From NCBI GenBank assembly GCA_963666425.2, contig OY762825.2, positions 2,144,001 to 2,208,000 of the forward strand: a stretch of 64,000 nt of DNA. Direction: 5' to 3'. Below, piece by piece: positions 1-8,195 of the stretch. The notes under the pieces are model-generated. The model ran no database searches. It worked only from the letters and a program-made list of their open reading frames with translations, and was not told the origin of the DNA. Numbering within the stretch: position 1 is the stretch's first letter; the number at the start of each line of letters is the position of its first letter. The position numbers and the translations under genes were made by a program. This DNA comes from Bacillota bacterium (GTDB lineage: Bacteria; Bacillota; JAAYKD01).

Positions 1-1
1 A

Positions 2-751
2 ACCTATTTGGGCGCTTCTGCCGGCAATCAGATCTGGTTGGCAACCATGCTGACCTCTTTTGCCTGGTGTTTGCTGCTGTATTTTCTCTATGGCGGTTAT
101 CGTCTCGCCAATATGAAAACAGAGGCTGTGCAGCCGCAGCAGACACTGGAGCGTCGGCATTGGCTGACCATAGCGGGGATGACCGTTTTAATCGCTGCGG
201 TGTCGATTTTGAAATGGGATCTCGGCCTGACCGCTTTTGCTGTCTCGGCTGTTTTATTGACACTAAAGGCGGCGAATGAAAAGCAGTCGATGGCCGGCAT
301 TCCTTGGGGAGCCATGATTTTAGTGGCCGGTACCGGCACGTTGATTGAAGTCACCGCTGCTTTGGGCGGTATCGATTTACTGACCAGTTTTTTCCGTCAC
401 TTTATGACGGCTGCCACGGCGACCTCTCTGATCGGTTTGATCAGCGCCGTGATGACCTTCTTTGCCAGCGCCTCCGGTGTCGTGATGCCGACTTTGATTC
501 GCACCCTGCCCGGTCTCTTGGCTGGTTTACCCGGCATTTCTGCGGCAGCCATGGCAGCGGCGATCACAGCGGGCGGCCATTTGATCACGACCGGCCCGTT
601 TACCACCCTGGGTGCCTTGGCTTCGGCTTCCCTCACCCCGCAGCAAGACCGCAATGACTTTTTAAAACAGCAGATGCTGACCGCGCTTGGCAGTGTGGTT
701 TTCACCTTTCTTTTCTTCTTCTTATTGTTCCGTCTGCCCTGGCTGCAATAA
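2..751 (+). CDS. Secondary transporter, ion-transporter superfamily (SLC13/DASS or MatC-like), 5'-truncated by the window edge
   Basis: Frame is open from the window start; multiple hydrophobic helices; IPWGAMILVAG, FFASASGVVMPTL and GPFTTLGAL resemble the C-terminal half of MatC/SLC13-type permeases. Confidence 0.6.
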   Translation, partial: TYLGASAGNQIWLATMLTSFAWCLLLYFLYGGYRLANMKTEAVQPQQTLERRHWLTIAGMTVLIAAVSILKWDLGLTAFAVSAVLLTLKAANEKQSMAGIPWGAMILVAGTGTLIEVTAALGGIDLLTSFFRHFMTAATATSLIGLISAVMTFFASASGVVMPTLIRTLPGLLAGLPGISAAAMAAAITAGGHLITTGPFTTLGALASASLTPQQDRNDFLKQQMLTALGSVVFTFLFFFLLFRLPWLQ

Positions 752-797
752 GCTTGACCGGCGATGGCAGGTCAGGGAACTCTAGGCAGAATGGCGC

Positions 798-826
798 TTG
801 ACTTTCCCAATATGGGCTGATATAAT
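798..826 (+). promoter_or_regulatory. Sigma-A promoter of the tyrS leader
   Basis: TTGACT (798-803), 17-nt spacer, TATAAT (821-826) with an extended -10 TG. Confidence 0.85.
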
Positions 827-837
827 GAATTAATAAA

Positions 838-1091
838 AATAATGACGGAGAAAAGTAGGAATTTCCGAGGCTGCAGAGAGTCGGCGGCTGGTGCGAGCCG
901 ATGCAGAGAAATGCTGAAGATACACTCCCGAGTTGCAATGCCGAACCAAAAGCCAGCAGGCTGAATGAGCAGTAGGCATTGTCGGTTGCTCATCGTTAGC
1001 TGAGCCCAGAGGAATCGCATTTTCTAAGCAAAATGGGATTCGATTCAGGGTGGTACCGCGTTCAGACGCCCCTTCCAGGGGTGTTTTTTTT
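838..1091 (+). promoter_or_regulatory. T-box riboswitch (Tyr)
   Basis: AGAGA and GGTGCGA stem I motifs, specifier TAC at 921-923, T-box AGGGTGGTACCGCG at 1047-1060, terminator GACGCCCCT-TCC-AGGGGTGTT plus a T run. Confidence 0.93.
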
Positions 1092-1136
1092 ATCCTTTTT
1101 TACAAAAGAAATTGATAACTTGAGGAGGAAGTTCAA

Positions 1137-2372
1137 ATGAAAACTGCTTTTACAATGTTAAAGGAACGAGGCTTTATTCAGCAGACCAGCCATCCGGAAG
1201 AAATTGAGAAAATGTTCGCCGAAGAGCGGGTGACCGCCTATGTCGGTATTGATCCTACTGCGGATAGTTTGCATGTCGGCCATCTGTTTCCGGTGATGGT
1301 GATGGCACATTTACAGCAGATGGGCCATCGCCCGATTATTGTGGTTGGCGGCGGCACGGCGATGGTGGGAGATCCCAGCGGTAAATCAGAGATGCGCAAA
1401 ATGCTGACGACCGAAGAGTTGGAAAGCAATAAAGCGGCCATTCGGCAGCAATTGGGAAATTTCCTGGACTTCGGGGCAGGACAAGCCTTGATGGTGGATA
1501 ATGCGGAGTGGCTGATGAACCTGCAGTACGTCCCCTTTTTAAGAGAAATCGGTCCGCATTTTTCTGTCAACCGCATGCTGACTGCCGACTGTTATCGGGC
1601 TCGCATGGAACGGCCGGAAGGCGGATTGAGCTTTCTGGAATTCAATTATATGATTATGCAGGCTTATGATTTTCTCAATCTCAATCGCCGCTACGGCTGC
1701 AAACTGCAGATCGGCGGCGATGATCAGTGGAGCAATATGCTGGCCGGCACGGATCTGATCCGGCGGCTCGAACAAAAAGATGCTTTTGTACTGACCTTGC
1801 CGTTGCTGCTGAATTCTGCCGGTCAAAAGATGGGCAAGACAGTCAGCGGCGCCGTTTGGCTGGATGCGGAAAAAACAAGTCCTTATGATTTCTTCCAATA
1901 TTGGCGCAATGTGGACGATGCAGATGTAGCCCGGCTGCTGAAAATTTACACCTTCCTGCCGCTGGAAGAAATCAACCGGCTGACCGCTGCGGAAGCGAAT
2001 ATCAACGAAGCCAAAAAAGTGCTGGCGATGGAAGTAACAACGTTGGTACATGGCAAAGCAGAAGCGGAAAAAGCTGCTTCTGCCGCGGCGGCTCTATTTG
2101 GCGGCGGCGGGGATGAGAGCACCATGCCTACGACGCTGGTTTCTGTCGAAGCATTGGCAGCAGGTATCCCTGTACTCGAACTGCTGGTTTCCTGCGGTTT
2201 GGCTGCCAGTAAATCGGAAGGGCGGCGCTTAATCCAGCAAGGCGGGTTGCGGCTGAATGATGAGAAAGTGGATGACATCGATTTGAAAGTGAGCACTGCG
2301 TTTTTGTCAAACGGCCGCGTGTTGATTAAAAAAGGCAAAAAGATCTTCCATGCCGTCAAACCGGAAATGTAA
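1137..2372 (+). CDS. tyrS: Tyrosine--tRNA ligase
   Basis: YVGIDPTADSLHVGH (HIGH), QIGGDDQW, KMGKT (KMSKS), C-terminal S4 domain; RBS GAGGAGG; Tyr T-box upstream. Confidence 0.98.
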   Translation: MKTAFTMLKERGFIQQTSHPEEIEKMFAEERVTAYVGIDPTADSLHVGHLFPVMVMAHLQQMGHRPIIVVGGGTAMVGDPSGKSEMRKMLTTEELESNKAAIRQQLGNFLDFGAGQALMVDNAEWLMNLQYVPFLREIGPHFSVNRMLTADCYRARMERPEGGLSFLEFNYMIMQAYDFLNLNRRYGCKLQIGGDDQWSNMLAGTDLIRRLEQKDAFVLTLPLLLNSAGQKMGKTVSGAVWLDAEKTSPYDFFQYWRNVDDADVARLLKIYTFLPLEEINRLTAAEANINEAKKVLAMEVTTLVHGKAEAEKAASAAAALFGGGGDESTMPTTLVSVEALAAGIPVLELLVSCGLAASKSEGRRLIQQGGLRLNDEKVDDIDLKVSTAFLSNGRVLIKKGKKIFHAVKPEM

Positions 2373-2395
2373 AAAAGCAATTTAATAGAAAACAG

Positions 2396-2473
2396 AAAAT
2401 CCGGTTGCTTCCTTATTGCGCCGCTTCCTCCTACGGAGGAGCGGTGAAAGGAAACAGCCGGATTTTTATTTTT
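2396..2473 (+). terminator. Long hairpin and T-tract after tyrS
   Basis: AAAATCCGGTTG...CAGCCGGATTTT enclosing CCGCTTCCTCC-TAC-GGAGGAGCGG, followed by a T-rich run. Confidence 0.7.
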
Positions 2474-2565
2474 GCAGCACCGCTGAACGATTTGACCCAG
2501 AAAACGAGAATGAACTGCTGCCCCGTAAAATCGGGCAGGAGTGAGAAAAACAGGGGAGTGTACGC

Positions 2566-2614
2566 AAAAAAGAAGCTGTCTTATCGGTACGGTTGAACCG
2601 ATAAATCAGCTTCT
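2566..2614 (-). terminator. Intrinsic terminator of the zinc-ribbon gene
   Basis: AGAAGCTG..TTATCGGT/ACCGATAA..CAGCTTCT stem; A6 on the + strand gives a U-tract on the - strand. Confidence 0.65.
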
Positions 2615-2686
2615 CTCATTCTTTAAATTATCTTAAAGAGAAGTGGTGCTTCACTCCTACGGAATAAGCAACCTGATTTCGAAAAA

Positions 2687-2980
2687 TTAGTAACGATTGT
2701 TGCGAGCCTGGTAGCAATCTTTGCAATATACCGGGCGATCACCGGACGGACGGAAAGGTACGTAAGCGATCTTGCCGCATTCTGCGCAGGTAGCTTCGAA
2801 CATTTCACGTTGTTGGCCCTGACCTTCGCCACCGCGAGTGTTTTTGCGAGCTTTACGGCAGTTGGGGCAACGGCTGGGTTCGTTGGTGAATCCGCGGGAA
2901 GCATAGAATTCTTGTTCACCGGCGGTGAATACAAATTCAGCTCCACAGTCACGGCATACCAAAGTTTTGTCTTGATACAT
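2687..2980 (-). CDS. Double zinc-ribbon protein (zf-trcl plus CxxC-x17-CxxC domain)
   Basis: DKTLVCRDCG..EQEFY..EPSRCPNCR and CAECG..VPFRP..RPVYCKDCY; RBS AGGAGG. Confidence 0.9.
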   Translation of the reverse strand: MYQDKTLVCRDCGAEFVFTAGEQEFYASRGFTNEPSRCPNCRKARKNTRGGEGQGQQREMFEATCAECGKIAYVPFRPSGDRPVYCKDCYQARNNRY

Positions 2981-3105
2981 TATTTTTTCCTCCTAACCAC
3001 TAATGGGTTATAAAATTATTGTTCTGGAGTCTCGTGGCTAAGAGCGGGATCACTATTTAACCGTTTACCTAATCTTTGCCTGCTAGCTCTCTCAGATACG
3101 TTCAT

Positions 3106-3134
3106 ACTATAGCATGTCGTCTCTGAATTGTCAA
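3106..3134 (-). promoter_or_regulatory. Sigma-A promoter of the zinc-ribbon gene
   Basis: Minus strand TTGACA-17 nt-TATAGT with TG extension. Confidence 0.75.
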
Positions 3135-3178
3135 GGATTGTTTTGTTGAAAGAGAAAATAAATTTTTCTTTCGTAATT

Positions 3179-3247
3179 AAGGAATTACTTGGAGGATTTA
3201 CGAATAAATTGTGACTTACAAAGGAAGTAACGCATCGGTGGTGAATA
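3179..3247 (+). promoter_or_regulatory. Two tandem sigma-H-like promoters upstream of yacL
   Basis: AGGA(3180)-N18-GAAT(3202) and AGGA(3222)-N17-GAAT(3243). Confidence 0.5.
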
Positions 3248-3279
3248 TGATAAGAAGGAAAAGAAAAGGAGGTGAAATT

Positions 3280-4413
3280 GTGAAGAAGACAAAATTTGTC
3301 ATGCGTATTCTGATTGCTCTGGGCGGTGGTTTGGTCGGTTTTAAACTCACAACCTATTTACGCTCCATCTGGGTGATGCTGCAATGGGATCAGTGGCTGA
3401 GTGTGTATCCCTGGCGATATATTGCGATCGATGCAGCCGTTATTTTTATCTTTGGCCTTATATTTTATTTTATAGCACCTTTGATTTTGAGCGGTATTCA
3501 AAAAGTGATCCAGCTGATGGAGAAAATTCTGCAGCGTGTGCCTTTGGAAGATGTGATCATCGGCTCCGGTGGCTTGATTGTTGGCTTGCTGTTAGCGAAT
3601 TTAATGGGATTGGCGTTGAATGGGATTCCTATTTTTGGAAGTGCCCTCGTTTTATTGTTCAATGTTATCCTGGGTTTTTTGGGATTGCGTCTGGCGCTTT
3701 ATCAGAAAAACGATGTCATGAAACTGTTTGGTGCCATGAAACGCGAGAAAAATGAGGCTCCGGTGAGCGCCGCGATTTTATCTGCCTCCCCCGGCAGCGG
3801 CAAGGCGGGAGAATGCCGGGCAAAACTGCTGGATACCAGCGTGATCATCGACGGACGGATCGCGGATTTATGCGCGACCGGATTTTTAGAAGGTCCTCTG
3901 GTGGTGCCGCTGTTTGTTTTAACAGAACTGCAGCTGCTATCCGATTCTACCGATTCGATTAAGCGGGCGAGAGGCCGGCGTGGTTTTGATATTCTCAATC
4001 GGATTCAAAAAGAGATCAACTTTCCGGTCGTGATCTCAGAGAAAGATTATGAAAACGATAATGCAGTGGATAGTAAATTAGTCAAGCTTTCTCAGGAAAC
4101 CGGTTATAAATTATTAACCTTGGATTATAATCTGAATAAGATGAGCGTCTTGCAGCAAGTCCAGGTTTTGAATATCAACGATCTGGCCAATGCGCTGCGC
4201 ACCATCGTCTTACCGGGCGAAATGCTGACGGTTACGATTTTGAAAGTGGGACGGGAAGCCGGTCAGGGCATTGCCTATCTGGATGATGGTACTATGGTGG
4301 TTGTTGACGGTGCCAGCCGGATTGTGGGCAAGACGCTGCCGGTCGAGGTGACTACTTCTCTGCAGACTTCAGCGGGCCGCATGATTTTTGCCAAGACAAG
4401 AACGAATAATTAG
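3280..4413 (+). CDS. yacL: PIN/TRAM domain membrane protein (YacL family)
   Basis: N-terminal TM helices, LLDTSVIIDGRI PIN motif, GQGIAYLDDGTMVVV and QTSAGRMIFA TRAM; start moved to the GTG after AAAGGAGGTG. Confidence 0.93.
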   Translation: MKKTKFVMRILIALGGGLVGFKLTTYLRSIWVMLQWDQWLSVYPWRYIAIDAAVIFIFGLIFYFIAPLILSGIQKVIQLMEKILQRVPLEDVIIGSGGLIVGLLLANLMGLALNGIPIFGSALVLLFNVILGFLGLRLALYQKNDVMKLFGAMKREKNEAPVSAAILSASPGSGKAGECRAKLLDTSVIIDGRIADLCATGFLEGPLVVPLFVLTELQLLSDSTDSIKRARGRRGFDILNRIQKEINFPVVISEKDYENDNAVDSKLVKLSQETGYKLLTLDYNLNKMSVLQQVQVLNINDLANALRTIVLPGEMLTVTILKVGREAGQGIAYLDDGTMVVVDGASRIVGKTLPVEVTTSLQTSAGRMIFAKTRTNN

Positions 4414-4445
4414 AGCGATGCTTTTGATAGAGAGGATGAGACATC

Positions 4446-4961
4446 ATGGAAACCATTTGGCGGATCGGCTGCGGCTTTGACGTGCACTGCTATCAGCCCA
4501 AGCGGGACATGATGCTTTGCGGGGTAAAAATTCCATGCGAGGTGGGGCTTTGGGGTCATTCTGATGCCGACGCCCCTCTGCATGCCTTGTGCGATGCTCT
4601 ACTCGGGGCTGCCGGCCTTGGCGATATCGGCGTACATTTTCCCGACAGCGATGCTGCGTTTCTCAATATTGACAGCGCTCTGCTGCTGCAGCGCGTCATG
4701 GCAATGATAGGGGAAAAAGGGTATCGGGTGGGCAATGCTGATCTGACCATCATCGCGCAAATACCGAAAATTGCACCTTACCGGGAAGCCATGCGATGTC
4801 GGGTGGCAGAGCTTTTGCAGGTATCACTGTCGGAAGTGAACATCAAGGCTACCACGACGGAAGGTCTCGGCTTTACCGGGCGCAAAGAAGGATTGGCGGC
4901 AGAGGCCGTAGTCCTCTTGAAAAGGAGTGTATCGAACAATGGAACTGATGGTTTACAATAG
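4446..4961 (+). CDS. ispF: 2-C-methyl-D-erythritol 2,4-cyclodiphosphate synthase
   Basis: RIGCGFDVH, GHSDAD, GDIGVHFPD, NIKATTTEGLGFTGRKEG. Confidence 0.96.
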   Translation: METIWRIGCGFDVHCYQPKRDMMLCGVKIPCEVGLWGHSDADAPLHALCDALLGAAGLGDIGVHFPDSDAAFLNIDSALLLQRVMAMIGEKGYRVGNADLTIIAQIPKIAPYREAMRCRVAELLQVSLSEVNIKATTTEGLGFTGRKEGLAAEAVVLLKRSVSNNGTDGLQ

Positions 4962-6351
4962 CCTGACTCGAAAAAAAGAAATATTTCAACCGGTGCAAGC
5001 GGGTAAGGTCTCAATTTATACCTGCGGACTGACAGTACAGGATTATTGTCATCTTGGTCATGCCCGCATGGATATTGTCTGGGATACAATCAAGAATATT
5101 TTACGGCACATGGGATATCAAGTCTATCATGTGCAGAATTTTACGGATGTCAATGAAAAAATCGCGGCAAAAGCCATCGCGGAGGGCCGCGATCCGCTGG
5201 AATTGGCACAGTTTTTTATCGACGCTTATTTTGCCGATATGAAGGGTTTAGAAGTGGCAGGAGCGGATCTCTATTGCCGGGTGACGGAGAATATGGATGC
5301 GATTCTTGCCATGATCCAGGTTTTAGTCGATAAAGGACATGCTTATGCGAAGAGCGGCAACGTTTATTTCCGAGTGGAGAGTGATCCTACCTATGGCGCG
5401 CTGACCGGCCGCAAGATTGAAGAAATGCAGGCCGGTGCCCGTTTGGAAGTAGAAACAAGCAAAGAAAATCCGGGCGATTTTGCGCTTTGGACCGTCGCGC
5501 AGCCAGGCGAGCCAACCTGGGAAAGTCCCTGGGGTGTTGGCACTCCCGGCTGGCATATTGAGTGCTCGGCGATGTCCTGCAAATACCTGGGCAATCCCTA
5601 TGATATGCATGGCGGCGGAGTGGATATTATTTTTCCGCATCATGAAAATGAATTGGCACAAAGCCGCTGCGCCTGCGGGGATGAATATGCCCATTATTGG
5701 CTGCACCACGGCATGCTGACTTTGCCGGGCGGCGAGAAAATGTCGAAATCTTTGCACAATTTCTTCCGGGTCAAAGATTTACTGGCTCAGATGCCGGCTT
5801 ATGTCTTGCGCTTTTTTATTCTTTCTGCTCATTACCGGTCTCCATTGGCGTTCTCACCGGAATTGGTGGAACAAAGCAAGGTGGCTTTGGATCGCCTGAT
5901 CAATACGGTCAATCGCTTACGCAGTTGGCAGCCACAGCAAAATAGCGAGGATACCGCTTTACTGCAGCAGTTAGCCGAGGCGAGACTTACCTTCGAAGCG
6001 GCCCTGTATGATGACTTCAACACGGCCGGTGCCATTGCTGTGCTTTTTGAGTTGAATAAGCAAGTGAATCAGGCGATGGCGGACAGCCGGATCAGCCAGC
6101 AGACGGCTGCAGCGGTATTGGCTTTTTATCTGGAACAAGCAAAATTACTGGGCTTCGCCTCTGCTTTTGCGCTGAAAGCAGAAGATACCGATTCGCAATT
6201 CAACAAAGAAGTAGAAAATCTGCTCGAACAGCGTCAACTCGCACGCCAACAGAAAGATTGGGCGACAGCCGATCTGATTCGCGGTAAATTGGATGCGTTG
6301 GGTGTTGAACTGCGTGATACACCGCAGGGGGTTCAATGGCAGAAAAAATGA
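4939..6351 (+). CDS. cysS: Cysteine--tRNA ligase (divergent motifs)
   Basis: CGLTV..HLGH, PGWHIECSAM, FPHHENE, KMSKS, DDFNT and DALR-like domains; ATG after AAAGGAG. Confidence 0.95.
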   Translation: MELMVYNSLTRKKEIFQPVQAGKVSIYTCGLTVQDYCHLGHARMDIVWDTIKNILRHMGYQVYHVQNFTDVNEKIAAKAIAEGRDPLELAQFFIDAYFADMKGLEVAGADLYCRVTENMDAILAMIQVLVDKGHAYAKSGNVYFRVESDPTYGALTGRKIEEMQAGARLEVETSKENPGDFALWTVAQPGEPTWESPWGVGTPGWHIECSAMSCKYLGNPYDMHGGGVDIIFPHHENELAQSRCACGDEYAHYWLHHGMLTLPGGEKMSKSLHNFFRVKDLLAQMPAYVLRFFILSAHYRSPLAFSPELVEQSKVALDRLINTVNRLRSWQPQQNSEDTALLQQLAEARLTFEAALYDDFNTAGAIAVLFELNKQVNQAMADSRISQQTAAAVLAFYLEQAKLLGFASAFALKAEDTDSQFNKEVENLLEQRQLARQQKDWATADLIRGKLDALGVELRDTPQGVQWQKK

Positions 6352-6740
6352 TAGTTCAACCGGAGCAGATGCATTCCCTTTCTTTGGCTTTCCTCGGTGA
6401 CGCTGTCTTTGAATTGGCCGTCAGGCAGCGGGTTTATCAGAAAGGAATTGTCAAGTTGCATCAGCTGAATAAAGAGACCGTCCGATATGTCCGCGCCGAT
6501 GCACAGGCACAACTCGTTTTTTTAATTGAACCCTTCCTGACCGAAGAGGAAGCGGATGTGCTGCGGCGCGGCCGCAATGCCAAATCACGGCATTTTTCCC
6601 GCGGTTCTTCTGTCGTGGAGTATCGGCACGCCACAGCGCTGGAAGCTTTGATGGGTTACTTATTCGTGCAGCACAGACAGCAAAGAATTGATGAATTGGT
6701 GGATATCATGATGGCAGAGAGGGGGGAAACAAAAGTATGA
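6336..6740 (+). CDS. mrnC: Mini-ribonuclease III
   Basis: LAFLGDAVFEL, RRGRNAKS, YRHATALEALMGYL; conserved position after cysS. Confidence 0.94.
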   Translation: MAEKMIVQPEQMHSLSLAFLGDAVFELAVRQRVYQKGIVKLHQLNKETVRYVRADAQAQLVFLIEPFLTEEEADVLRRGRNAKSRHFSRGSSVVEYRHATALEALMGYLFVQHRQQRIDELVDIMMAERGETKV

Positions 6741-7417
6741 AAGTACTCTTGCTGAGTCATACGCCGGATCCGGATAAGCTGGTTGCCGCCGCGGCTCGCC
6801 TCTGTTATGCGCCGATTGGAGCGGATCAGTTGCTGGAGACCATGACGGACAGCCAAGTAAACAAGCTGGTGCAGGACTTGCTGGCGATGGGACATGAATC
6901 ACCGATTGAACATGTCAGCTTTACCTTTGCCATTGAAGGGGTCAGCCGCGCCATGTCGCACCAGCTGGTCCGGCATCGTTTGGCTTCCTATTCCCAGCAA
7001 TCACAGCGTTATGTCAAAGCAAACGCTTTCGAATTTATCATGCCGCCCAGTGTAGAGGCGAATCCGGCGGCAAAGGAAATTTTCCTGCGCCAGATGGCAG
7101 CGATTCAGGAAAGTTATAATCAACTCAATCGACTCGGTATCCCCAAAGAAGATGCCCGTTATCTGCTGCCCAATGCCTGTGAAACAAAAATTGTGATGAC
7201 GATGAACGCGCGCAGCCTCTATAATTTTTTCCAGCAGCGTTTATGCCAGCGGGCGCAATGGGAAATCAGGGCCATGGCGACTGCCATGCGCCAGGAATTG
7301 ATTCAAGTTTCCCCGTTGCTGTTCAGTAGAACCGGGCCCCAGTGTGAAACGGAGGGTTACTGTTCGCAAGGTAAGATGTCCTGCGGCCGTAAACCAACCA
7401 GAGAAAATTTGCGATAA
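6737..7417 (+). CDS. thyX: FAD-dependent thymidylate synthase
   Basis: HESPIEH, RHRLASYSQQSQRY ThyX motif, EDARYLLP, RAQWEIR. Confidence 0.97.
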   Translation: MKVLLLSHTPDPDKLVAAAARLCYAPIGADQLLETMTDSQVNKLVQDLLAMGHESPIEHVSFTFAIEGVSRAMSHQLVRHRLASYSQQSQRYVKANAFEFIMPPSVEANPAAKEIFLRQMAAIQESYNQLNRLGIPKEDARYLLPNACETKIVMTMNARSLYNFFQQRLCQRAQWEIRAMATAMRQELIQVSPLLFSRTGPQCETEGYCSQGKMSCGRKPTRENLR

Positions 7418-7420
7418 AGG

Positions 7421-8170
7421 ATGGAATCAATGGAACAAATCGAGGGACGATTTCCCGTCTTGGAAGCTTTGCAGGGCAGCAGAAAGCTGATTAAGCTTTA
7501 TTTGCTGCAAGACGGCAAAGGTGAAACCATAGAAAAAATAGCCCATTTGGCCGAGACACAGCAAGTACCGATCCAATGGATGGATCGTAATCAATTGAAT
7601 CACTTGAGTGAAGGCCGCGTGCATCAGGGAGTGATTGCGGAGCTGCCCGATAAAGAACTGGTCACCGTAGAGGAAATTCTGGCTATCGCCGCTGCTAAGA
7701 ACCAACCTCCCTTCCTCTTGATTCTGGATGGTCTGGAAGATCCGGGCAACGTGGGGTCGCTGATTCGCAGCGCCGCAGCGGCCGGTGTGCATGGCATGAT
7801 CATGCGAGAGAAAAGAGCAGCCAGCTTTACGCCTGGCTTAATCAAAGCGACGGCTGGGGCATGGGAATATATGCCTATCTCAGTAGTGACCAATATCAGC
7901 CGGACCTTAGTCCAATTAAAAGAAGCCGGTGTTTGGGTTGCCGGCGCCGATATGGACGGAGAGCTGATTTACCAAACGAATTTGAAAGGCCCTTTGGCAA
8001 TTGTGATCGGAGCAGAAGGCCAGGGTTTGAGCCGATTGGTCAAAGAAAAATGTGATTTTCTGGTGAGTTTGCCGATGGTTGGCGGCGTTGCCAGTTTGAA
8101 TGCTGCGGTAGCAGGCGCTTTGGTGATTTACGAGGCATTGCGTCAGCGCGGTGTGTATGTAAAGAGCTAG
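7421..8170 (+). CDS. rlmB: 23S rRNA G2251 2'-O-methyltransferase (SpoU/TrmH family)
   Basis: HQGVIA, LDGLEDPGNVGSLIRSA, IGAEGQGL, SLNAAVA. Confidence 0.93.
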   Translation: MESMEQIEGRFPVLEALQGSRKLIKLYLLQDGKGETIEKIAHLAETQQVPIQWMDRNQLNHLSEGRVHQGVIAELPDKELVTVEEILAIAAAKNQPPFLLILDGLEDPGNVGSLIRSAAAAGVHGMIMREKRAASFTPGLIKATAGAWEYMPISVVTNISRTLVQLKEAGVWVAGADMDGELIYQTNLKGPLAIVIGAEGQGLSRLVKEKCDFLVSLPMVGGVASLNAAVAGALVIYEALRQRGVYVKS

Positions 8171-8195
8171 AGAGAAGGGAGGAAGGGAAAGCAAG

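Noticed and set aside
759-776. GGCGATGG resembling the start of a fluoride riboswitch
   Set aside because: The following GTTCGCC pairing and the 3' GCTRATGAC motif are absent; it is only a small hairpin after the transporter stop
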